A stretch of DNA of 64,000 nt from Psilocybe cubensis (taxonomy: Eukaryota), in assembly GCA_017499595.2 (NCBI GenBank), contig CM039004.1, positions 2,852,001 to 2,916,000 on the forward strand, given 5' to 3'. The stretch's first letter is position 1. Each line of letters begins with the position of its first letter. The position numbers and the translations under genes are program-made. Positions 24,217 to 37,547 of the stretch are shown here, in pieces. The notes under the pieces were generated by a model that was not told where the DNA came from, searched no databases, and saw only the letters and a program-made list of their open reading frames with translations.

Positions 24217-27200
24217 TTACATTGCACTGCCGAAAAGGTTCTCGTCGATCTTGATAGCTTCGTAGACGCGGAAAGTTCGGACATGGGTCATCTCATCCCG
24301 AGAGTACATCGGAGCAGTGGGCGTAGTGGACAATGTCCGATTTTCGTCGTTGTTTAGCCCACTGCCAGCGGTGGCATTCGAGCTCGAAACCGAGGGCGCA
24401 TTGGGAGAGAGCGGAGTAGGAAGTGTGGGCGTAGTAGGCGTATTTTCACGCTCCTTCAGTGTTCCAGGAGTTGAAGAGCGGTCGCTTGACCCAGATCGTT
24501 GCCACGCAAATCGTTGACCAAACTCCCTAAAAAAAGTTGGCCACACAGTTAGATTATGTGCAGGTTCACATTCGTTAGAAATTTACTGACGATTGAAGTT
24601 CCCACATGTATTCGCGATTATCCGAGCAAACCGATTCTGCTATAGATCCACGCACACTGACAGCGTCAGAGCCTAGATCACTATTCGGCGATGGGCTCGA
24701 AGGCGGCGGTGGGTTGAAACGATGTCGAAGGAAACTAAAAAAATAATTGAATTAAACTTAATTGGTAATTGCAACAGCAAAAATATAAGGCGTACCCTTC
24801 ATATTCCCAGAGCGCTTCCAAAACTGAGGCATCATCGATCTCCTCATCATCAGTTGCCTCAACAGCATGTTCGATCAAATAGTTCTTGCAGGACAACAGC
24901 ATGCGGAGATGCTTTGACGCGTGGATTTCGATTTCAGACTGCTCCATCGGAATAAAGGTCGAAGGCAATAAAACAAGACCAGGCGTTTTCGGCAGTGCCA
25001 TTGACTCTCGACGTGAAGTATGTGACATTCCGAACCGGCGGTTTGTGAACCCATTTGCACCGTTGAAACCACCATTCTGGCGAGATTGCCCGGAAAGAGC
25101 GCCGTCACCTTCGAATTCAGGTGGTGCTAATGTTATATGCATTGTTTTGAGTTCTTGTGCATGGCCAAAGACCTCTTTCATAAGATCCATGATGAATTCG
25201 CTTGGATCCTTGCTGATGCCGAACTTGTGTTGAAGCATGTGTTCAAATAAGGCCTCCAAGTCAGATGAAGTGCCCTGAGCGCGAGCCCAAAGCGGAGAGC
25301 TGAGCCCTGCGCGCGCCAAAGTTCGCCTTCGATTGTTGGTCGTAGGATTGGGCGATATCCTCTGGTCGGAGTTCGCGTTAAACTCGTTGATTGTTGCGGC
25401 ATCGTCCTCAGTATCTAGTTCTTCCTCTTCGTCCACCCCATAAAGTTCATAGAAGTCTTCGGCTTCAGGTCCGTCTGCGGGCGCACCAAGGCCAGGATTG
25501 GTCGTTTCGCCATCGTATATGCTAAAAGTAGTGAATGATGACGATGGTATAGTGATATCCAAGCGGGGGGCAACGGATATCACATCTGATTCAGGCTCTA
25601 AGTTGGGACCATCAAAGGGTGATGAGACTTTGCCGTAAGGAAAGAAAATAAAGTCGTCAATAAGCTCAAGCCTTCCGCCGACCATGAGAACGCGGCAAAC
25701 TTCTTGCAGCACGAAAATCCAGGAGTCTGTCGTGATGCAGAGGGCAAGACATGACATCCTAACCAAGTCAAAGGATTCGTCGTTGAAAGGCAGCCTTTGT
25801 TTGAGGCTATCATTATTGAGTTTGCAGGTCAGTCATAATGTCGACACAAAGCACAGATTTACTCACAAATTTCCTCTGACAAAACGAATGTTATCTGCTA
25901 CCCCTTGCTCAACTGCCCAGGGTAAGAGTCCCCTCGATATGTCCACCATGTCGTAGCCTGTCACCCTTGTACCATAACCTTTCCACGCAATAGCAGCATC
26001 CACGACCCAATGACTATGTCACATGTTAAACCTTAACGACTGGGAACGATATAGGATACTTACCCTTGACCGCATCCCAGATCAAGGACAGATGTCGGAG
26101 GGTTATTTCCGTAGTTATGAAAACTGGGCGAGTTTGTTGGATTTAATCTCATGAGAAGTTCTCCTGTATGCCTATCGCTGAACATCAAACAAAGTTAGAA
26201 ATGGCTCGCACGGGTACAAACGATCAGTCACGTACTTGTCAAGTAGCACCGAATCGTAGGGATCTAGAGGATACTGGCCAATCCGGGATTTGATCCTAGC
26301 TGCTCGCTCCATGTTATGATCCTGATGAAGGTTTTCTTGATAGTCTTCTACAGGCGGTGGTGGTTCCTGGTGTACACTTTGACTGTATGAGGACGATGGA
26401 GGACTGCGCGTGGAATCCGTATCGAGCTCAGAACCCGAGGACATTGTGCTTGTTCCGATAGACGATTCAGCATCTTTATATTTCTTCTTTTTCTTCTTCA
26501 ACAAGATACCCATGAACTTCGAACGTTCAGCCACACTGCCATCATCGGTATTGCTGGAAGTTTTGCGCGAACGTCGAACTGAAATGGGTGGTTTCGAAGG
26601 GTGAGCGCGAGAACGTGACCCAGGAAAGACATATGCCGTTGGAGAACCGTCCGTTTGGGTGATAGGAGCAGGTTTTCCACTATTAGAGCTTGTATCGGAG
26701 CCCTTCGTTGATTTCCGAAGCCGAGGCTGGTCAGAATCGTCACTGAAAGATGAAGAGGCTTCGAATACACTATCATCACGCCAAGTCATAACCACAGGCC
26801 TCGTATTCCCGCTTAGGTGAGACACCGGTGAGCTCGTTCTTTGCTCTTGTAAAGGAGGAGGCGGCGGAAGAGAATGAATATCCGGAACAGGAAGAGGAGA
26901 GTGAGCTTCGCCATCGCTGCCTTTCTGCGAGCGTGTCTTGCCTTTCGACTTAACTTTGATAACGGGGCTATTTGTCTTCTTTGAGACTTTGGGTCGCGCA
27001 GTGGAACGTGAACCTGGAAAAACGAATCCACCAGGTGGAGCTCCAGTACTCTTCTTACTCGAAGATTGTCCCGAAGAATCCGAGGATCCCGATATAGATG
27101 GAGGTCCAAAACGGGAAGAAGGTGCTAACAAAGTCGACTGAGGTGGAAAAACTTGCATTCCAGCTTGGGGTTGTGGGGATGTTATGGGTGAATAACTCCC

Positions 27201-28205
27201 TGTACCGCGGTTCCATGGTCTTCGTTCCATATCAATGCTTGAAGTCGTTGATTCAGGGCGAAGCGAAATCGGGATGTGCACAGGAGAAGGACCAAGCCTG
27301 GCAGATTGAGATGGAGGAGGAGATGGATATGCGTGAACATCGTTATACTGAGCATATTCTTCACGGATATTCGACGATAGTGGCGAATTGTGAATAGAGA
27401 CCTGTAAATTTGGTCGATTTATGTGTGATGACCCATATGGAAGTTGTGATGAAGAGTATGTGGGAAGAGTTGGTGTAGGGGAATGATTGCGGGAGGATGG
27501 TGCAGGATGCGATACAGAAGACGGTCCTGGAGACGTAGCGGGAGATACAGGAATAGTGATAGTAGATGTTGGTACGGATGGGGGATAACTAGGCGGTTCA
27601 GGGTATCGAAAAGAGGATAAGTGTGCCGTGTTCTTCCCAGGCAAATTGGGTAGGTTTCTTTGCCCGTTGACTGGCGTTGACTGAACAGGTGGAGGAGGCT
27701 GGTAGGACGCCTGGATTGGAGGTGGAGGTTGATAAGACGCTTCTATATACGAAACCTTAGGTTGACCAATTCCGTACGCGTCTTCGTGAGATTGGTACGG
27801 AGAAAGACGTATCGCCTGGAACTCTTCGATGGGAGGAGATGGATAACCTCGTGTTGATACAGCCATTGTAGCCGATGACATTTTCCTCACACCGTTAGAG
27901 TTGGGGATATGGAATGAAGTATCACGTAACCTGTCTGCGTTTGCTGAATTGCGCCTCGCGTGATGACGGTCGGGAGTGACTAGTTCTACTTCAGAGTGAT
28001 AAGGACTGCGTTGCGGAGAACCATGTCGACCGTCTTGAGAGAATGGGGCTGGTGGTACGGAAGGCGGAAAGTTCAAGGGTGATGGGGGAGAGGCTGAACT
28101 TTTGTTTTTAGAGCGAGAAAAAAAACTCTTCGTTGAACTTGGCCGTTTTTCCTTTTCTTCACTATTGGTGATACGTTTTCTCGATGCGGCTGCCCTTGAA
28201 GACAT
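24217..28205 (-). CDS. Class I SAM-dependent methyltransferase-domain protein with ~650-aa disordered N-terminus
   Basis: YPLDPYDSVLLD; VLDLGCGQG motif I; VTGYDMVD; FVRGNF; LPFNDESFDLVRMS; EVCRVLMVGGRLELID; ends HVRTFRVYEAIK...AM*. Confidence 0.82.
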
Positions 28206-31046
28206 GTCAAAGATAAGAATTGAATGTCATAAACGGAGTTTGCGGCGATTTTCGTAGGACTGGGCCTGAATATGTTCTTGAAAGGAATGGGGAAGGAATG
28301 AGGTGCGGTGGTGGTGAAACCGAGCAAGATAGGACTTCTTGGAGATTTAAAGGTGGTTTGGGGGTCCAATTGAAACCAAGGGGGGATCACCGTAATCGCA
28401 CATGGATCCTGGCATCTATTCGAATATTTCTGCTTGTCTGCAAATAGATTAGAGTATGTCCTTTTGGATAGTTGTTAACTTAGCGGAATCGGTGCTCACC
28501 GATAGAAACTGATCACCGAAGAAAAACACGCGAAGCTGATGCCCTTGGGCAGTTTTGATATTCATAGCTTCGATAGTTTTATTTGTAATGTTTGCAGCTC
28601 ATACAAGTGAAGTCAAGTCTTGATCATCATTCAGAGTAATGTCATGTCAGTTTTTGCTGTATCACTTCTTAGAACCATAACTTGAATACCTTTGTCCTCA
28701 ACCTTCCGAACTTGTCGCCGCCCAAACATACCGTTTGCCAAGACGGGCATACGATAAGTCGACCGCCCTGTTGAATACCTAGATAGGGAAGATGCGATAA
28801 GTGAGGTTCTTGCCGAGGTCGCGAAGGCTTTACTATGGTCAATTTGAAAGAGATTACCACGCCTGTAACCGGGTTCCATTTCGAATCACATGGTGTCTAC
28901 TAAGTGTCCATACAAACATCTGCCAATCAATCATATCAGCGCTTACTTTGCATCCTAACAAGTCATACTTCAGTCGCGCAAGCACGATATGCGGGGACGC
29001 TATACACCTGTACGATCCCGTACGATACGCCGTTCAACCAAGCAACGAATGTGCAATACGCAGGCATGTCGCCAAATGACAAGCGTAGATACCATTCAGA
29101 TAACCCTCACCTTGGGTGCGACTTGAATGGTTACACGCAGTTCCACGCCTAGATTTGACCTATGAGATCATACAGACGCGGATGAAATGCATGAGCAGGC
29201 CTAATGGCGCGAAGGCTTCCCATTCACTACCACCAAGCTTCCCAGGATCAAGTTTTCTCCGTTAATCCTCGCTTTCCTCGAAACACCAATTCGGCATGCA
29301 TGATTTAGTGATTGATGGGGTACTTGAAAATGGAGGGTGGCAAGCAGTTTGAAACCTTGTTGAAACCTGAGTGAAAAAAACTTCACTCAGAGGTGTGCAG
29401 TGCAGAGTATGGCGGACAACATTTAAGCCAAACACGACCAAGCACCTCATTAAGATTTGGGAGCACGTGGCACAAAAATCAGGGGTTGACTCTGTGGTGG
29501 GCTTGTGCTGGGCTATGGCACTGGCACTGTGCCGCTTCACACCCACTTCGTACTACAGAGTACATTTCTGTTTCGTGGCATGCCTTAATTATGGGAAAAG
29601 GAACCGAGGCCTCGGGAGAATGCTCGAAATTTTCTACAGTAACGACATGGATGAGCATTTTGAACCCCATTCCGTTCAAATTTTCCCCCTGCCCTGAACC
29701 GGTGGCAAATTATTTTTGCACACTATATTTTTGTCAACCATTCCAACGATAAGAAAAGATGTATTATCGTGGCTTAAAAGGTAAGCACTACATATGCAGC
29801 TTTGTACTTTTCTAAAGTTGCTGGCTGTCGTGGGGCAAGTCGGGCATATGGAAAGATAGCAAGAACTTCTTTCGGTTCCAGTCCATGAGCAATGTAATCG
29901 GCGATATTTTGTTATTCTGGAATCGCCGATGAGCTGTATTCTTTTAAGGACTTCAGTGGGTTTAGTATTGATATACTGTAAATGAACATGATAAAGCGCC
30001 ATACTATACATTGGTATCTGCATCAGTGGTTTTATCTTTTATATTGAACAGTTTATTACCTTCAATGACGAGAAACGCATTCCTATGCGTCATATTCTGG
30101 AACATTGGACGCAATCAGCTAACACACTTTTTACCAACACTTTAAATACTGGCTTAACAGTAGAGGACAACGAATTTGATTCAATGGTAAGCGCTTTCAC
30201 CTTCAAATTAGCGCCCGTAATTTCAAATTGAATTTCAAATGATCAATTCCTAAGCGTAATTGCCTAAAGGGCACATTTCTTTCAACACGTTTTTTTGGGG
30301 AAATAATGGATTTTCATTCCACATAGCATTATTTTTCCTCTCTAGGCTAGTATGCACGGCCACGAAACCATTTTTGCTTCATATCTGTGATAGTTTGTGG
30401 GTTCACGCTAGCGACACCTGATTGGGGATAGCATAACACCATTGCACACCGCCTCTCTCGACTCCGAAGGTCGAATCAGTATTCTCCTTTCGGGGCCGGG
30501 ATAGCGTGGGTAGGTGTGTTCCCCAACGCTAAATATCTTCTTCTGCTTCTTCTTTGATGCCACCAGAGAACATGCAAGGAAATGGCATACCACTGTACCT
30601 AGTGGCCGACAATATCAGACCGTAATTTCTTTGAGCCTTCCGAACAATACTTGAATACTGTCTTCACTCGTCTTCAATACATGATAAACCTTTCTCCCAC
30701 CTTTTAATGGTGTCCCTGAATGAAAGTACGCATGGTTGGAAACTCGTCATGCCTTCTCTCACAACTGCCAGTATGCGTGGCCACTGTGGATCTTCACTTT
30801 CCTGTTATATGACTTGATGACCTGTCCGTTTCCTGTGAATATGAATATGTTCTTATCAGTAAAAGATCATAGGCCGCTATTTATATATTTATATATCCCC
30901 TGCGGGTTACCTGTCCGGCCATCTCCATCTCCAGGCCTTCACATCCGGTTAAGGTTCCATCAGTACGTTTCCATTCGATATATAAATGTTAAAGTCTTAA
31001 CAAGCTTACCGTATCTTGGTTCCCTCTTTCAAAGAGCTTCAATACG

Positions 31047-33104
31047 ATGGTGAATATCACCTACGATAGCTGTAAGTGACTTGTTCTCTTTACCTTGGCC
31101 TTGAGTTCCTGACTAGTGGGCTGCCATTCAGCTGGCTCAATCGTCTGGGTCGATGGAAGTGCTGACCCCGCTGTACCGTGGGTGTACAACCCAGGCGACA
31201 TTGCCTGGGTATTAGCCTCCACCGCCCTTGTGTGGATCATGATTCCAGGTGTTGGGTTCTTCTACTCAGGTTTACTAAGGTAATTGTAAAGTCATTATCA
31301 AACTAGAGCGGGCGGCTAAACAAATGCTAGGCGAAAAAATGCCCTCTCAATGATATACCTGAGTATGATGACTCTGGCAGTGGTGTCATTCCAAGTGTGT
31401 TATCTACCCTCGAAAGCAATCAATTTACATTACTGAATCTTTCCAAGTGGTTCTTCTGGGGTTTCTCTCTTGCTTTCAGTGAAACTGGAAGCCGTTTCAT
31501 TGGCAACCTCAGTAAGTTGAAACTGGTTTACTGCGCCCCCCGTATCATTTATTTAGCTTGCTTTACACCTTCCAGAATACTTCGGTCTCAAGGGTGTTCT
31601 CGAGGAACCCTCCATCGGCAGCACACGAATTCCATCAATCGTCTTCTGCGTCTACCAACTGATGTTCGCGGCCATTACGTGGGTATTGCGCGCTTCATAT
31701 GCTGGTATAAATCTGACGAGCGCTCTGGGTCGATTCTAGTCCAATGCTTGCGATTGGTGGCTTTGCCGAGCGTGCGCACCTGGGACCCCTCCTTTTCTTT
31801 GTTTTTGCGTGGTCAACACTCGTTTACGACCCAATCGCATGCTGGACTTGGAACTCTAACGGCTGGACTTTCGTTCTTGGAGGTCTTGATTTTGCCGGAG
31901 GAACTCCTGTCCATATTTCTTCCGGAACTGCTGCTCTGGCCATTTCTATTTACCTTGGCAAACGTCGTGGGTATGGAACCGAAGCCCTTGCCTACAAGCC
32001 CCATAACACCACCTATGTTATTCTGGGCACAATTTTCCTTTGGTTCGGCTGGTTCGGTAAGTCGTGGCCTTCACTATATGGAAAGGTTGGCCCATAATTT
32101 GCTTCAGGCTTCAACGGAGGATCCGCTCTCGCTGCCAACTTGCGTGCTGCCCAGGCCTGCATTGTCACCAATCTCGCTGCCAGCGTTGGCGGATTGACAT
32201 GGATGCTTTGGGTACGTTTTCGTCCTGACATTCTACTTCCGAGAAAGTTCCCAACCGTGTCATGTCACTTGCCAGGATTATCGCATTGAGAAAAAGTGGT
32301 CGGCTGTAGGTTTCTGCTCAGGAGCCATTGCCGGTCTCGTTGCTATTACCCCAGGCTCTGGGTTTGTGGGTTCCCGTGGGTGTCATTTTGAGAAAATTTT
32401 TGCTCTGTCCTGGAACTGATGATCATCACTTCATTCTGTTAGCCGCCGCCGTTTTATTCGGCTTTATGGCTGGAACCATCTGCAACTTTGCCACACAGCT
32501 TAAGTTCTTCGCTGGATACGATGATTCTCTTGATGTAGGTCCCCATCATCATCAAACTCTTTTTGTCAAAAATCTGCTTTTCTAATATATTTATATGTCT
32601 TCTTTACAATAGATTTTCGCCTCCCACGCTGTTGGCGGAATTGTTGGCAATATTCTTACTGCCATCTTCGCGCAGGCCAGCGTAGCTGGGTTTGATGGGT
32701 TCACCTCCATTCCCGGAGGATGGCTTGACCGCCACTGGATCCAGCTCCCCAAGCACCTTGCTGACTCTGCTGCTGGCCTTGGATACTCCTTCGTCATGAC
32801 CGTGAGTTTGCACATTTATTTTTCCGGTACCTGATAATAGTGAACTGACATTTTGCCTCCTTGACGTGGGTATACATAAATACAGACTATTATTCTCTGG
32901 ATCATGCACTACATTCCCGGTCTCCGCCTCCGTGTACCAGAGGAAGTTGAGATTATTGGTATCGACGAGTCTGACATGGGTGAATACGCCTATGACTACG
33001 TTGGCCTCGAGACGGAGCTCAAGCCTACCGCATACGCGGGTGCACGTTCAACTGCGTATGATGGAAGAGAATCCGACCTGAAAGAAAGATCGAGTAACGC
33101 ATAA
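31047..33104 (+). CDS. amt: Ammonium transporter (Amt/Mep family, twin-His type)
   Basis: MVNITYD; GDIAWVLASTALVWIMIPGVGFFYSG; QWFFWGFSLAF; YQLMFAAIT; DFAGGTPVHISSG; FLWFGWFGFNGGS; DDSLDIFASHAVGG; GIDESDMGEYAY. Both pore His residues are present. Confidence 0.96.
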
Positions 33105-33932
33105 ATGCGGAAATAGGGTCTGTGTGAGGCACTTTTCTATTTTTGCTATCATGGTTGTCTGCATTCATTGTTGTTGGCACATTGAACGTGGAGGTTGACA
33201 TCTACATTTTTGTACTAGAACCTTATCTACTTCAGATCTTGTAATGTTCGAGAAAATTCATGGCTTGGTTAATTGCTCCCTGTAATCCCTTCTCTCCGCT
33301 GTAATATCGTCCTTCGTCCTACCCACCAAGGTCATACGACCGCGGCTTTATGCAATATTAGATACCCGTTTCCACTGTAGTGACAGTATTCCTTTAAATA
33401 GTGATTTCCCAGCCACTCTTCAACCATTGTTTCCAATTTAGGAAAGCTGTGAATGTGTGTCCTTGGTGTGTGTGGTGTGCTTCCTCGAGGAAACATGTCA
33501 TGAGCTGCGACGGGTACAGTATCCTTCAAGCACACACCGTTTATTATAAACCCAACTGAGTTGGTATCGTGCTTTACATCGGACATATTCAGCCAAAAAA
33601 CAACTCCGAGTCTGCGCAGAACCTATATCTAGTACAGCTGGAGGTGTGGGCTAATTGGGTCAGTCGGAAAAGTATAGCCGTCAAAAACGGTCAAGAGTGA
33701 CGACCGCACGATTGCAAGCCTAGATACGGTCAATGCAATAAATTGACACGCAAAATATAGTACCTGCAAAAGGTAAAAAAACATATGCTACGTTGCGAAT
33801 TTTTCATTACAAATGATCCTACAGAATTGTCCCGACAACATACCTACATACAACAATCGATAGCAAGAAAAGAGCACATACGTCCAAAAGGACGATGACA
33901 GACAGTCCACGGCGTATAGGTTTACCCGCCTG

Positions 33933-36866
33933 TTAAAATTCAAGTATGCCCCGGATCCACGGGGTACTCTTTTCCAGTGTTTCTCTGGACAAGAGAGGCG
34001 CTGCGCGAACTGTCATTTGGTGAGAAATGACAACAAGCGGCCAATCCGATTCTTTACACCGCTCAGGTCTGGTAATAGCCAATGTCAGTCAGATGTTTAC
34101 ACAATCCGTTGAGGAGCAGTAAGAGGTAGACGGGTAGCGATAACGAGGGGACCACAGGACAGTTTCAGTAGGGGATCAGACATCAGTCATACTGTCGGTG
34201 TACGTGGAATGAAACGGGCACCTACCCGTCGTCGTCGTTCTTCCCGTGGAAATGAACTTGAGCGTTATCACCCCTCTTTCGGAGCAGGAAACTTTGGTCT
34301 AGAGTTAGAGTATGGTCTAGACGCGGGTTTGATGAATGTGGATTGACAATCTCTCCGTGGACCGTCAACAGAATTCCTGCGGGTGAATCGACAGCGTCAT
34401 ATATCAGATTGCCTACAACACCACGGGGGCAAAATTGATATGGACGCATGGACATGAATCTAGCGCTGATTTCTTTACGCCCACGATCGAGCATGACCTT
34501 CGAACCTAAGGCTTAGAAAATGGTATTTAGAGAATTTCATCAGGATCACTCGATGACATTAACCACAAGGCGACTTACGTGAATGGTGAGCGGAATCTAC
34601 TTCTAGCGCGAACAGCCCCGCCGTCAAAGACGACTGGCGCCCTGCATCTACATCATGGACATAGCATGAAAACAATGCGTCCTTATCATATGCCGCACCC
34701 AACTTGGACCGGTCGGTATCAAATAATTGGCAGTACCTGAAAAAGGCAAAGAAAACAAAAAGTGACGCAAATTTATATTTATACACATCATATAAACAAG
34801 TTTAGACGCCAGGAGTAACTGACCTCTGTAGGAAATCAGCTACATGACCCTCAACCTCATTTGGACCGTCGTCATCGGTAGATATGGTAATCCCCATTCT
34901 ATCATCATCTGACCCTATGATATCTCGACTTGGAGTGAGAAGAGAGTTGGCCACATCTTCAGCTTCCTCATATTCATCATCGTCATTGTGATCGTTGTCT
35001 GTGTGCTTGTGTGCAATGACGGCACCAGAATCACTAGTGGTCGCGTTGAAGAGAGATTCAGACGCAACTGTCGTCACAGGGTGCTGTCGGTGATTAGATG
35101 ATCTCTCATTTGCATGAAAACTTTGTACACAGTGATCTTCTCCCAAATCCTGACACTCGCCAACTTTGGGCCCTGATGGAAGCACACTGGGCGGTATTGT
35201 GGAATGGTTGGCACCAGCGACCATCGGAGTGGATTTGTTCGATGGCAGATTCAATGGACTGACAGTTTTCATTATGTTTGCGAGTGTAGTCGTAGATGCA
35301 GAAATAGGTGTAATAGAGCGCCGAGGGGCGAATGCTACGGGTACAGTAATAGGTTTTGATTCGCTCGATTCAACAGGTTTACGACCTGGTAAGGGTAATC
35401 GTCTTCTGGGGATCGGAGGGACCTTCCAAGGAGGATCTGACGCTTCTCTATATCTAGATGAAGCGTTCGCTTTCATAGACACAGGTCGGGATTTCACCGG
35501 CGGTGAAATCGGCGAAGATGTTGTAACAGTCGTAGAGGTTTGTGATTTACGAACTTTTGATACAGGCAAAGAATTCTTGGTCGTGGTTGTTGATTGAGTT
35601 GATTGAGATTTGATAGGTAAAGACTCTGGTACTTGCACTTGTGAAGGACCAGGGACACTGTCAGAATCATGGCTCGCTGCACGTTTTTTCCGTCTTACAG
35701 AGGCCGGATAATGGGTGAGACTAGTATTAACCTGATATGCGCGTTGGATTACCGTAGCAAGATTAACCACCTCGGGTTCTAAAGTATCTGACCAAACAGG
35801 TACGGCACTGGTCCTGTCAGAGACCATGTATTGTTAAGTTTCTTCTAGATCATGAAAAGGAGGACGTCAAATACCATTCGATGACGAGACCGTCGTCTCG
35901 CGCAAAGGCTCTCGTCCTTTTCAAACCCTTACGAAGGAGCTCCTTATTCTTTTCCACGAAAAAGGCTTTCCGATTTTGCTTGAAGTTAGGGTCTGATTTC
36001 TTGCATGTTTCCGGGAACGGAAAAAATTGACATGACTCTGTTATGAGTTTTCGTTCAGGTGCAATTGCACGAGGTGGCGGGGATGGAGACAAGGGCTCCC
36101 GTTTAACAACGGGTTCGTGTTTTATGGGCACATGCACAGGTTCTTGTTTTACAACAACCGGTGGTTCCTCTCTTGCAGATATAATTGGTTTGGGTAGTCG
36201 CCCGGGAAGCGGTAATCTGGAAATGGTTGCCTGAGGTTTTGTCTCAGGTTGCCCGTCTATCTTCCGTCGTTTCAGCGGAGCAGCTGGGAGTTTTGGAGTA
36301 GGAGACCTTGATCTGTGCATCCACCATCTATCTTGTGAGGGCTCTGGAATAGGTGGCGTAGCGGGAGTCTCAGATGTTACTGGAAACGCAGTGGAATGTG
36401 TTCGTCGGTTCGATGGTCCTGGATCTATTCCATGTTGTAGCGAAGATGCTCTGGGACCAACGCTAGGAGTTCTCTCGCTGCTGCTCGACGCAGATGGTGA
36501 TGATACATCGATATGCGATGGCATGGGGGTGTGGCCGGCATTCCAGTTCATATATGTTCCACGGGTAGATGCCATTCTTCGGCCTCGCCATGCTGGATTT
36601 CCTCGAGTTGCATATTGCAACGGCGAACCACGATGATCGTATCGACCTTGGCTCATATTTCCACCTGAATAATTTCCTCTTCCTCTAGACCCAAATCCGC
36701 TGTGATAGATGCTTGTGGTATCCCGAGATGTAGCTGCTGTAGACCGGATCGATGGCGGAAGTTTGCGAAACTGCTTTGTGAGACCTTCGTTAGGTTGAGC
36801 GTCTTCACGATGAGAAACAGGTACGAGTGATGTCGGGGTCGCCGTTCCGTACTGTCCCCGTAACAT
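33933..36866 (-). CDS. Large disordered protein with a C-terminal NTF2-like (Mex67/NXF-type) domain
   Basis: Splicing joins RDDGLVIEW-TSAVPVWSDTL; C-terminal exons give DFLQRYCQLFDTDRSKLGAAYDKDALFS...LLTVHGEIV...LDQSFLLR...WPLVVISHQMTVR, the NTF2-like pattern. Start codon uncertain. Confidence 0.65.
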
Positions 36867-37547
36867 TTCTCAAGCACAAACAGTGCTGTTAAGCCTTAGC
36901 GAGTTTAACAGAGAAAGATATAGGCGGATTGGAAAAACATCGTGTACATAATGCCGCGTGAAAGTGAACGTTGTGTGTGTAACGGACCAGCGGCCCGGGA
37001 CTACAGTGCAAATCTCGGCCGACTGCGGGCACTGTTCCTGTTCATGGTCACTACATCGACGATGAACTGCTTCAATGTCCAAACCAAAGAGACTCCCTTT
37101 CGACACGAGTCCTTAAGCTCTTCTGTTCCCCAGAGCCTCGAACTCTCGAGGCATAGCTTTGAATTTAGATTCAAGCCAAAGTCCAAAATGTTCAATAGTC
37201 GAGTACATGCCTTGCTCATGATTCTTCAAACGTCTACAGGGCAAATTGACGAGGTTCCTGATTCTCATGAAGCTATACTGTAAACACAGTTGAGGGTTGA
37301 GGGCAGGTATGTCTATTTTCACAGCCACTAATTATATAGTACACTGCCTCCGCTAGATAGCGGAAGTATGAACTTACTGGAGTGATACCCATCATCTAGG
37401 CAATCAAGTACTATAGCATCCGACCAGCGCTCTCCTTTGACCGACCATCTCTCAGGCGCGCGTCTACTGGATCCAGAGCAAGTTTTCCTCAATCCCCTCG
37501 GCTGACAACCTCTTCTTGGTCAATAAACTGCATTTGGTTACCACGCG

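Noticed and set aside
28450-31000. Transposon relic or hidden gene in the 2.6-kb divergent spacer before amt
   Set aside because: No TIR/LTR, transposase motif or coherent exon chain seen; GATA sites are too sparse to call.
36870-37400. Possible extra 5' exons or a separate gene upstream of the NTF2-like gene
   Set aside because: I could not build a convincing spliced frame with any recognisable protein.
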